64,000 nucleotides of DNA from positions 20,849 to 84,848 of IMG/VR virus record IMGVR_UViG_2861773553_000003; one strand, written 5' to 3'. The notes below the pieces were generated by a model. That model saw nothing but the letters and a program-made list of their open reading frames with translations, ran no database searches and had not been told where the DNA came from. This stretch comes from a virus. Lineage: Duplodnaviria; Caudoviricetes. The position numbers and the translations under genes are program-made. Below are positions 56,170-64,000 of this stretch, in pieces; positions within the stretch are counted from its first letter, which is position 1; every line of letters starts with the position of its first letter.

Positions 56170-59100
56170 GCTGATCCGCGCCGGCTCGGCTCCGCCGTTC
56201 GGCATGCGGCTCGTCGCGTACGCCCCCAACGGCGCCCGTCAGGGGGTGCTGGCGCACCCCACCAAGATCGAGGCGGCCTTCCCGCTCAACGACGTCTCCA
56301 GCCTGTCCTTCAGCTACCCAGCGCACGCCCCCGGCGCGGAGGTGCTGGCCGCGCCGTGCGAGGTGGGCCTGGAGTACGCCGTGGCCGGCGGCGCCTGGAT
56401 CGAGCCGCCCGGCGGCCGGTTCCTGCTGATCCGACGCCAGGCCGACCATGCCGACCCGGCGGGGGAGCAGCGCTACAGCTGCCCCGGCTATGCCTGGATG
56501 CTGCGCAAGAACGTCCTGTACGGCGGGCCGTCGCTGGTCGAGGGGAAGCGGGCGTTCTCCGCCGTGCCGGCCGGCGCGATCGTGCGGACGATCACGACCG
56601 AGGGGCAGTCGCGCGGCGCACTGCCCGGGCTGAGCACCGACTTCACCGCCTCGGCCGACTCGGCCGGGCAGCCGTGGGGGCAGCTGCTGACGCTGGCCGT
56701 CGAGCCGGGCACGCCGCTGCTCACCCTGCTGCTCAACCTGAGCGAGCAGGGGCTGATCGACTGGCGCATGTCCGGCCGGATTCTGCAGGCCTACAAGCCG
56801 GACACGGTCATGGCGGCCGACAAGGCCAGCGGGGCGGCCGTGGTGGATCTGCGGCTGGGCCGGGACATCACCGAGGCCCCCGTCGAGAGCACCCTGGAAG
56901 ACCTGGCCAGTGCCGTCCTGGTGACCGGAGAGGCCGGGCTGCGCCTGGAGGTCACCAACCCCGCCGCGGCGACCCCCTGGGGACGGTGGGAGACCGCCCA
57001 GTCGCAGGGCGGGGTGTCCGACACCGGAACCGCGAGGCTGCTGGGGCAGACCGCGCTGGGCCGGGTGGCGGCCGCGCGCACCCAGCTGACCCGGGCGCTG
57101 ACGCCGTACGGCGCGCGCTGGCTCCCGCTCGCCGACTACGCCCCGGGGGACTTCGTCCTCGCCCCCGGCCCGGACGCCAGCCTGCAGCGGGTGCGGGTGC
57201 GGCAGATCACCGTCTCGGCCGACGAGGACGGCGTCATCGGCGGCAACGCGCTGCTCGGCGACCGCTTCCTGGAGCGGGACATCAAGCTCGCCCGGCAGGC
57301 CCAGCGCATCATCGCCGGCGGCACCGGTACCGGCGGGTCCGGCGGGCAGCCCGCGCCCGAGGGGCCCGCCCGGGTTCCGGCCGCCCCGGCCGGGCTGGTC
57401 ATCGACCCGCAGGCGTACCTGGACGAGCACGGCTACGCGCGCGGGCAGATCACCGCCACCTGGTCGGCGGTCACCGCCGACGTCACCGGCACGGCGCTCG
57501 ACATCGACGGGTATGAGCTGTGGTCGCGGATCAACGTAGCCGGTCAGGTGTGGCTGCGGATCGCCGCGATCGACGGCGGCGACACCACGGCGACCTACTC
57601 GCCGCTGGTGGTGGGGGAGACCTACGCGTTCAAGGTCCGCGCGACCAGCCGGGGCACGCCGGGCCAGTTCAGCGCCCAGGTCGTGACGGTGATCCCGGAC
57701 GATGCCACGCCGCCGCCGGTCCCGAGCACCCCGCAGCTGTCCACCCGGCTCGGCGTCATCCACGTGGCCTGGGACGGGCTGGCCGCCGGGGGCACGCCGA
57801 TGCCGGCCGACTTCGAGCGACTCCTGGTCCAGATGCAGGACCCGCTGGCGCCCGGCTGGGCGCAGGTGGGCGACCTGCAGACCAAGGGCTCGCTCGTGAT
57901 CCCCGGGCAGCCGTACCACGCGCCGCGCGAGATCCGCTTCGTGGCGGTGGACCGTTCGGGCAACGCCTCGGCGCCCTCGGCCGCCGCGACCGTCTCGACG
58001 CAGCCGCTGGTCAACGCCGACATCATCGGGCAGATCATCGCCGGGGCGAACATCGCCCCCGAGTCGATCACCGGCGGCCACATCCTGGCCGGCGCGGTCG
58101 GCGGGGCGCATCTGGCTCCCGCCTCGATCACCGGAAACAAGATCGTCGCGGGGACCATCACCGGAGGGCTGATCGCGGCGCTGGCGATCGCCGCCGACAA
58201 GATCGCCGCGAACGCCATCACGGCCGACAAGATCGACGTCGGCGCGGTGCGGGCCAGTCACATCCAAAGCGACGCGGTCACCGCCGACAAGATCGCCGCG
58301 AACGCGATCACCACCGGCAAGATCGCGGCAGATGCGGTCACCGCCGCCAAGATCGCGGCGGGAACGATCACGGCCAGCCATGTCGGCGCCGACCAGATCA
58401 CGGCCACTCACCTGGCCGCTAACGCCGTTCAGGCCGCCAGTATCACAGCCGGCGCGGTGACCGCCGCCAAGATCGCCGCCGGAGCGGTGAACGCGGACAA
58501 GCTCGCCGCCACCATCACCTTGTCGAGCCGGATCGTGGCCGGGTCCCCCTCCGGGGCGCGGGTGGAGTTGTCCGACTCCGGACTGGAGGCGGTCAACAGC
58601 TCCGGGCAGAACACCGTCACCATCACCACCGGCGGACAGGTGGACATCGTCGGCCGGATCACCTCCTCCACCTCCACCTCCGGCAAACGCCTGGTCGTCA
58701 ACCCCCTCATCGGGGCCGATCCCGAGATCCGGATGTATGAGACGGCCTCCAGCTACCACTACTGGACCAGCTACGTCACCGGAGCCGGCATGCAGTTCGG
58801 TTCGACCACGATCTCCTCCCGCAAGGCCGTGCTCGACATGTCGGCCGGCGGCTTCGCCATGTACAGCGCCCTCAACGACCAGGTCAACGGCGGCAACATC
58901 TCGGGCACCTCCTCCTCGGCGCGGCTGGACTCCACCGGCGGGGCCACCGTGGAGACCAGCGGGGCCTGGTTGCGGCTCCGCGGTCGTTTCCAGGTCTCCG
59001 ACGCCAACACCGCGGTGGTGGGCTTCGCCTTGTCGCTGGGCGCGGGGATCGGCTGGAGCATCACCTTCGGCGTCAATCTGGCGGGCACCCCGGCGGTGCA

Positions 59101-59233
59101 GTTCACCGCCGACACCAGCACCGACATCTTCGGCAGCTTCACCCGCAACCGGACCAACACCGGGGTCGAGGTCCGCATCGCCTCCAACGTCAATGCCGCC
59201 ATCTTCGCCAACATCTGGGCCTACCGCGTGTGA
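56159..59233 (+). CDS. Tail protein 2 (paralog of tail protein 1)
   Basis: Collinear with the 51127 gene, with a longer AITADKI repeat tract and a divergent C-terminus. Confidence 0.85.
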   Translation: MPPELIRAGSAPPFGMRLVAYAPNGARQGVLAHPTKIEAAFPLNDVSSLSFSYPAHAPGAEVLAAPCEVGLEYAVAGGAWIEPPGGRFLLIRRQADHADPAGEQRYSCPGYAWMLRKNVLYGGPSLVEGKRAFSAVPAGAIVRTITTEGQSRGALPGLSTDFTASADSAGQPWGQLLTLAVEPGTPLLTLLLNLSEQGLIDWRMSGRILQAYKPDTVMAADKASGAAVVDLRLGRDITEAPVESTLEDLASAVLVTGEAGLRLEVTNPAAATPWGRWETAQSQGGVSDTGTARLLGQTALGRVAAARTQLTRALTPYGARWLPLADYAPGDFVLAPGPDASLQRVRVRQITVSADEDGVIGGNALLGDRFLERDIKLARQAQRIIAGGTGTGGSGGQPAPEGPARVPAAPAGLVIDPQAYLDEHGYARGQITATWSAVTADVTGTALDIDGYELWSRINVAGQVWLRIAAIDGGDTTATYSPLVVGETYAFKVRATSRGTPGQFSAQVVTVIPDDATPPPVPSTPQLSTRLGVIHVAWDGLAAGGTPMPADFERLLVQMQDPLAPGWAQVGDLQTKGSLVIPGQPYHAPREIRFVAVDRSGNASAPSAAATVSTQPLVNADIIGQIIAGANIAPESITGGHILAGAVGGAHLAPASITGNKIVAGTITGGLIAALAIAADKIAANAITADKIDVGAVRASHIQSDAVTADKIAANAITTGKIAADAVTAAKIAAGTITASHVGADQITATHLAANAVQAASITAGAVTAAKIAAGAVNADKLAATITLSSRIVAGSPSGARVELSDSGLEAVNSSGQNTVTITTGGQVDIVGRITSSTSTSGKRLVVNPLIGADPEIRMYETASSYHYWTSYVTGAGMQFGSTTISSRKAVLDMSAGGFAMYSALNDQVNGGNISGTSSSARLDSTGGATVETSGAWLRLRGRFQVSDANTAVVGFALSLGAGIGWSITFGVNLAGTPAVQFTADTSTDIFGSFTRNRTNTGVEVRIASNVNAAIFANIWAYRV

Positions 59234-59268
59234 GTGCGCACCCGCCAGCCGAGCAGGAGGGAGGGTGC

Positions 59269-59871
59269 GTGGCCGTCCACTGGAACATCGTGAGCGTGAC
59301 CGCACGCACGGACGCGGCCGAGCAGCCGTGGTGGGAGGTCGTCTGTGAGGTGCCGCCCGAGATCATGGCGGGGGGACTGCTGCCCTGCCTGTTCCCCGCG
59401 ATCGCGATCGAAGGATACGCCGGCCAGCTTGGGCTGACCGATGTCTCGGTGCTCGTGGACGTGCTGGTCCACATGCCGATGCTGCGCGTGCACCAGGCGG
59501 CCGGTGAGCTCCCGCTGGTGTTCCCGACCCGGGTCAGCGAAGAGGCGGCGCGCGAGGCGCTGCTCGGCCTGGTGGCTCAGGTGAAGTCGCTGCACGACGG
59601 CGGCGTCGTGCAGCATGCTTCGGCGCTGCGCGACCCGGACGCGCCGAGCGATCTTCTGGCCCCGATCCGCCAGACCGTCCTGGTCCTGGACCACGTCGCC
59701 GATCGGCAGTTCCTCTCCGACCTGGAACGGCTGGAACACGGTGTCGTCCAAGAGCGCATCAGCTACGTCAACGGCGTCACGCCCGACTCCTACGGCGCCG
59801 CGCTGCGAGCGCTCCACGGCACCGCGCCGCTGGCCGCACCGGGGTCAGGACGAGCACGGGCGCAGCCGTGA
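59269..59871 (+). CDS. Tail-associated protein, paralog B
   Basis: GGAGG RBS; motifs shared with the 55490 gene, including L.PIR. Confidence 0.7.
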   Translation: MAVHWNIVSVTARTDAAEQPWWEVVCEVPPEIMAGGLLPCLFPAIAIEGYAGQLGLTDVSVLVDVLVHMPMLRVHQAAGELPLVFPTRVSEEAAREALLGLVAQVKSLHDGGVVQHASALRDPDAPSDLLAPIRQTVLVLDHVADRQFLSDLERLEHGVVQERISYVNGVTPDSYGAALRALHGTAPLAAPGSGRARAQP

Positions 59872-60242
59872 CCGGCCCGGAGCTGCTGCAGCTGTTCGCG
59901 GCCGCCGCCACGGTGGCCGGCGGCCTGGCCCTGCTGGTGCTGCTCGGCCGGATGGTGGTGTGGGCGTGGCGCTTCCTGCGCCGGGTCGGCCACTTCCTCG
60001 ACGACTGGCAGGGCGAGCAGCCCAGGCCGGGGGTGCCGGCCCGGCCGGGCATCCCCGAGCGGCTCGCGTCGGTGGAGGCGCGGATGGCGGGGGTGGAGGC
60101 GCGGATGGCCGCGCTGGAGGTCGAGCTCAGCCATGACGGCGGCGCCACGCTGCGGGACGCGGTGGGCCGAGTGGAGGACGGCGTGGCGCGGGTGGAGGAC
60201 GGGCTGCGCGCGCACATCGACCAGCACCGGGAGGAGCCGTGA
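59868..60242 (+). CDS. Lysis-cassette membrane protein
   Basis: N-terminal TM, FLDDW.GE..RPGVP.RPG, coiled coil. Confidence 0.75.
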   Translation: MTGPELLQLFAAAATVAGGLALLVLLGRMVVWAWRFLRRVGHFLDDWQGEQPRPGVPARPGIPERLASVEARMAGVEARMAALEVELSHDGGATLRDAVGRVEDGVARVEDGLRAHIDQHREEP

Positions 60243-60346
60243 GCGGCGAGCACGACCCACGCGCCCGGGCGGCGGTGTGGTGGCTGCTGGGGCTGTGGGT
60301 GCTGGTGGAGCTGGCAATGATCGGCTGGGCCGTGTGGCGGTCCTGA
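60239..60346 (+). CDS. 35-aa single-TM peptide
   Basis: GGAGGAG RBS, GTGA overlap; AVWWLLGLWVLVELAMIGWAVW. Confidence 0.55.
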   Translation: MSGEHDPRARAAVWWLLGLWVLVELAMIGWAVWRS

Positions 60347-60360
60347 CGCTGGGGGGACGC

Positions 60361-61161
60361 ATGGTCAAGATCGTCACGCGGGAACAGTGGCAGGCGGCGC
60401 GGCCCGCGCGCACTCCCACGCGCATCACCCGCACCAAAGGGGTCAAGATCCACTACACCGGGTCCTACGTCAACCCCAAGATCGTCACCGATCACGGGAT
60501 CTGCCTGAAGCTCACCCGCGACATCCAGCGCATGCACATGGCGGGCGGGCGCGGAGAGAAGTACATCGACATCGGCTACAACCTGCTGGCCTGCCCCCAC
60601 CGCTATGTGATCATGGGGCGGGGGCTCGGGGTGATCCCGGCCGCCAACGGCGCCGGGCTCAACGACGACCACTACGCCATCTGCGCGCTGGTCGGCTCCT
60701 CCGGCGCGGTCGCCCCCTCCGACGAGCTGCTGCACGCCCTGTGCGACGGGATCGAGCTGCTGCGAACCAAGGCCGGAGCCGGCCGCGAGGTCAAGGGTCA
60801 CCGCGACGGGTACGCCACCAGCTGCCCCGGCGGCCCCCTGTACGCCTGGGTCCGGCGGGGCGCGCCGCGGCCGGGCGCGCCGGCCGGCAAGACGCCCAAG
60901 CCGGTGCCCATGCCCGACGGGGTGCCGTCCTTCGTGCGCACGCTGCGGCTGGTCCGGCCGTACCTGCGCGGGCCGGACGTGCGGATGTGGCAGGAGCGGC
61001 TGGTCCGGCGCGGCTGGCGCCTGGACGTCGACGGCGTCTATGGCCCCCAGTCCGCCGGGGTGTGCGAGGCGTTCCAGTCCGCCGTGGGGCTGCTGGCCAC
61101 CGGCGAGGTGGACGAGCTCACCTGGCGGACCACGTGGACGTGGCGGCCGCCCCAACGCTGA
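60361..61161 (+). CDS. Endolysin: Amidase_2 domain plus peptidoglycan-binding domain
   Basis: IHYT, DIGYN, GHRD...TSCPG; GPDVRMWQ...VDGVYGP...FQ. Confidence 0.92.
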   Translation: MVKIVTREQWQAARPARTPTRITRTKGVKIHYTGSYVNPKIVTDHGICLKLTRDIQRMHMAGGRGEKYIDIGYNLLACPHRYVIMGRGLGVIPAANGAGLNDDHYAICALVGSSGAVAPSDELLHALCDGIELLRTKAGAGREVKGHRDGYATSCPGGPLYAWVRRGAPRPGAPAGKTPKPVPMPDGVPSFVRTLRLVRPYLRGPDVRMWQERLVRRGWRLDVDGVYGPQSAGVCEAFQSAVGLLATGEVDELTWRTTWTWRPPQR

Positions 61162-61165
61162 TACC

Positions 61166-61185
61166 CGCACGCGCGGGCGCGTGCG
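61166..61185. promoter_or_regulatory. Dispersed palindrome between endolysin and holin
   Basis: Exact, intergenic. Confidence 0.8.
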
Positions 61186-61204
61186 CTCTTTTGCTGGAGG
61201 TCCT

Positions 61205-61453
61205 GTGGTCAGTTTCTCCGTACGCCAGCCGCTGCTGCTGCGCGGCGCCATCGCCCTGGCCATCATCGGCGTGGTGCGGATCGCGATCGCGCTCGGCCTC
61301 ATCCCGCCGCAGTGGGATCTGGATGAGGCCCGCGTCGAGCAGGTCATCGACATGGTCATCGTGGGCTGGGCGTGGTTGTCGGCCCGGGCCAAGGTGACGC
61401 CGGTCGCCGATCCGCGCACCGACGACGGCCGGCCGCTGATGCCGCTGCGCTAG
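61205..61453 (+). CDS. Holin-like protein
   Basis: GGAGG RBS, two TMs, ARAKVTPVADPR tail. Confidence 0.7.
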   Translation: MVSFSVRQPLLLRGAIALAIIGVVRIAIALGLIPPQWDLDEARVEQVIDMVIVGWAWLSARAKVTPVADPRTDDGRPLMPLR

Positions 61454-61645
61454 CTCGCGTCGCGTCGCCGAAATGTCCGAGCCGCCCTCTAGGGTGGCCT
61501 GGTATGGCGGTCCCGCACGGGGCCGAGGATCACAACGAGCACGGATATGTCGCCACGCCCGCCTGCCCCCGGTTTCCGGGGGCGGGCGGGCGTTGTCGTG
61601 TTGTCCGGCCCCCACCCCGGACGATCCGGGGCGGGGGCTCGTCGT

Positions 61646-62233
61646 TCAGCGGTCGGCGAGCAGCGGCTTGCCGTGGCTGGGGCCGGGTTCCGGCTCGCCC
61701 GGCTCCTCGCCTCCGCCGCCGCGTCGGCACCAGGGACACCAGGGCCGCAGCCGCTGGTGGATCTGGCTCACCAGGCCCAGCACGGCGATCGGCCCGACCA
61801 GCATGCCCAGCGCGATGCGCCCGCTGACCTCCACCGGCACCCCGGCGGCCCGCCCGCCGAATGCGACCGCCAGGCTGGCCGCCCACAGGGCCGTCAGGCC
61901 GGCGAGGAGCCGTCCCGAGCGGGGCAGGCGGTGCCAGGTGCGCAGGGCGTACCGGTTGCGGGCGATCTGGGCCTGGGTGTCCAGCGGCAGGGCCCGGGTG
62001 CACCAGTCGCAGTAGCGGCGGGCGTGCACCTGCTCGGCGCCGAGGCCGGCCACCATGCTGACCAGCATCGGCCAGGCCACCACTGCGTGCACGGGCACCC
62101 CGGCCAGGGCCAGGCACGCGACGACGCCGTACACGGCGAGGCCGCAGCGGCCGTACAGGTGACCGTAGCCGACGATGAGCGGGAGCAGGGCGGCGGGCAG
62201 TCGGGGATGCGGGCGGGGATGCGGGCGGGGCAT
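61646..62233 (-). CDS. Membrane protein with H..xxCxxC motifs
   Basis: HARRYCDWC, HQRLRPWCPWC. Confidence 0.7.
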   Translation of the reverse strand: MPRPHPRPHPRLPAALLPLIVGYGHLYGRCGLAVYGVVACLALAGVPVHAVVAWPMLVSMVAGLGAEQVHARRYCDWCTRALPLDTQAQIARNRYALRTWHRLPRSGRLLAGLTALWAASLAVAFGGRAAGVPVEVSGRIALGMLVGPIAVLGLVSQIHQRLRPWCPWCRRGGGGEEPGEPEPGPSHGKPLLADR

Positions 62234-62303
62234 GGGTCTCCGTTCCAAGGGGGGTCGTTAACGGGGTGTCGGTAAGACTGGTGGCACCAGATACACGCGA
62301 TGG

Positions 62304-62762
62304 TTAACGCCGGGGCTGGTTGAGGTGGCGACGGCAGCCGGGGCAGCTGGGCGCGTGCCGCCGATGCGCGGTCCAGGCCGCAGGCAGCACCGCGAGCGGG
62401 AGCAGCGCGGCGCCGAACAGCCAGAGCCGGATGGCCCACGGCGGTTGCGGCAGGAGCACCTCGGCCGCGCTGATGAGCACCAGCGAGGCGACGAAGCCGG
62501 CCGGGATCAGCAGCACCCGCGCCAGCGTGGAGTCCGGCAGCAGGTGCCCCACCTCCAGGAGCAGCGGGTGCGGACGGGGCGAGTCGTCGGGCGGCAGGGG
62601 CGGGGCGGCGAGTTCGACCAGCCCGCTCAGGTACGCCATCGCCAGGGCCAGCTGGGGCAGCGCGCGGCTCAGCGCGAGCCCGGCCTCGTCCCACGCGAGG
62701 ACCGCGATCACGGTGAGGACGGTCAGGCGGCGGCAGCCGCTGACCAGATGACAGATGTGCAT
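62304..62762 (-). CDS. Membrane protein related to its neighbour
   Basis: Multiple TMs; C-terminal HRRHAPSCPGC. Confidence 0.55.
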   Translation of the reverse strand: MHICHLVSGCRRLTVLTVIAVLAWDEAGLALSRALPQLALAMAYLSGLVELAAPPLPPDDSPRPHPLLLEVGHLLPDSTLARVLLIPAGFVASLVLISAAEVLLPQPPWAIRLWLFGAALLPLAVLPAAWTAHRRHAPSCPGCRRHLNQPRR

Positions 62763-62840
62763 GATGTCAGGCCAGTCCCCCAGGGGGACGGCCCGGCCGC
62801 GCCCAGCGCACACCAGTGTGCCCGCATCACCGCCGCGGCG

Positions 62841-62920
62841 GATAGGGATCGCGCGGATCCGGACGGCTTCGGAGGGGTTCGCACGGGTCCGGACGGGTCC
62901 GGACGGGTCCGGACGGATTC
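62841..62920. repeat. 10-bp tandem repeat, about 8 units, consensus GGACGGGTCC
   Basis: gatagggatc gcgcggatcc ggacggcttc ggaggggttc gcacgggtcc ggacgggtcc ggacgggtcc ggacggattc. Confidence 0.7.
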
Positions 62921-62973
62921 GCCCGCCGGCGGGCGCGCGTGCCGGCGGGCGGGAAGGGATCGGGCGGAGCCGG

Positions 62974-63789
62974 TTACCAGGGCTTGCGGGCGACCCCGCC
63001 CAAGATGCCGTGGTAACCGTCGGCCATCTGGGCGGTCTCGGTGCCGTCGGGACGCCATTCGGGCAGCGGCACCAGGCCGGGGTCCAGCAGCTCGAAGTCG
63101 CCGAAGTAGGCCATCAGCTCGTCCCGGGTGCGAAAGCGCACGCTGCCGACCTGCTCTTGGCCGATGCGCTCCATCTCCGACAACTTGGCGTGGACCTCGG
63201 GCATGTCAGGGCCGGGGGTGTGGAAGTTGGACATGGCCAGATAGCTGCCGGGGGCCAGCTCCGTGCGCAGGTAGGCGGCCACGTCATGCGGGCGTTCGTT
63301 GTCGTTGAAGTGGTGCAGGATGCCGAACATCAGCAGCGCCACCGGGCGGCGGAAGTCGATGAAGCCGGCCACGTCGGGGTGGTGCACGACCTCCTCAGGC
63401 CGGCGCACATCGGCGGTGACGATGCGCGTGCTGCCGTTGTCGGCCAGCAGCGCCCGGCCGTGGGCGAGCACGACGGGGTCGTAGTCGACGTAGACGACGC
63501 GGGCTTCGGGGGCGATCGCCTGGGCGACCTGGTGCACGTTCTGCTCGGTGGGCAGGCCCGAGCCGAGGTCGAAGAACTGGCGGATCCCTGACTGGGCCAG
63601 GTAACGGACGACGCGGCCGAGGAACTCCCGGTTGGCGCGCGCCATCTGGGGTGCGTCGGGCAGCACCTTGTTGCTCGCCTCGACGATGGCCCGGTCCACG
63701 GCGTAGTTGTTCTTGCCGTCGAGCCAGTAGTCATAGACGCGGGCGACGTTGGGGACCGTCGGGTTGACGCCGGGGGGGACCTTCTCCAT
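62974..63789 (-). CDS. Actinomycete SAM-dependent methyltransferase (Methyltransf_19)
   Basis: PNVARVYDYWLDGKNNYAVDR, QFFDLGSGLPT, VVYVDYDPVV. Confidence 0.93.
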   Translation of the reverse strand: MEKVPPGVNPTVPNVARVYDYWLDGKNNYAVDRAIVEASNKVLPDAPQMARANREFLGRVVRYLAQSGIRQFFDLGSGLPTEQNVHQVAQAIAPEARVVYVDYDPVVLAHGRALLADNGSTRIVTADVRRPEEVVHHPDVAGFIDFRRPVALLMFGILHHFNDNERPHDVAAYLRTELAPGSYLAMSNFHTPGPDMPEVHAKLSEMERIGQEQVGSVRFRTRDELMAYFGDFELLDPGLVPLPEWRPDGTETAQMADGYHGILGGVARKPW

Positions 63790-64000
63790 TACGGCTCCGC
63801 ACGGGGGTCGGGGGTCACGTTGTGCGGATCTTATGGCGGCCTGCGCCGCTTTCGCGGCGGTTTGCCGGGGCGTACGGCGCGTGTCGCCGACGTCGCGGGC
63901 GGCGGCCGTGGGGGAGGGTGGGGCGGGGGTGCGGGGTGGGCCGGATCGGTCTCGGCGTGTCGCGCGCGGCAGCGCGGTGAGCTGCGATGCAAAAAAAGTC

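Noticed and set aside
58020-58510. 30-bp repeats as a diversity-generating or CRISPR-like array
   Set aside because: They encode the 10-aa tail repeat, and no reverse transcriptase or template repeat is present.

Overview
Very GC-rich actinobacterial sequence that reads as one large temperate phage or phage-plasmid; I found no integrase in the window. From left to right: a partition locus (ParA, an atypical HTH partner, a tandem-RHH protein and four 18-bp parS-like palindromes); a long rightward operon of small unknown genes; actinomycete XRE/DUF5753-DUF397 and anti-sigma-type ATPase cassettes; a divergent repressor/HTH switch; early recombination and replication genes (PD-(D/E)XK exonuclease, Gp3/RDF-like protein, RuvC-like resolvase, SLOG protein, frameshifted replication initiator with iterons); a second degenerate ParA and a GntR regulator; a long leftward operon of unknowns; HAD hydrolase, HpcH aldolase and DNA adenine methylase; then ParB-like, TerS, TerL and minor virion genes. 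The portal gene breaks at about 49790 and joins, out of frame, the 3' part of a Ro60/TROVE gene, and no capsid, major tail or tape-measure gene is recognisable. Two paralogous tail modules and a lysis cassette follow. The strongest unexplained signals are (1) a spaced palindrome CCGCACGCR-N4-YGCGTGCG(G) found 11 times exactly and 3 times with one mismatch along the element, mostly at gene boundaries, and (2) an orphan FxSxx-COOH RiPP-precursor-like peptide in the virion region. Family assignments come from motif recognition by eye, not database searches. Several apparent single-base frameshifts in homopolymers suggest sequencing errors or decay.
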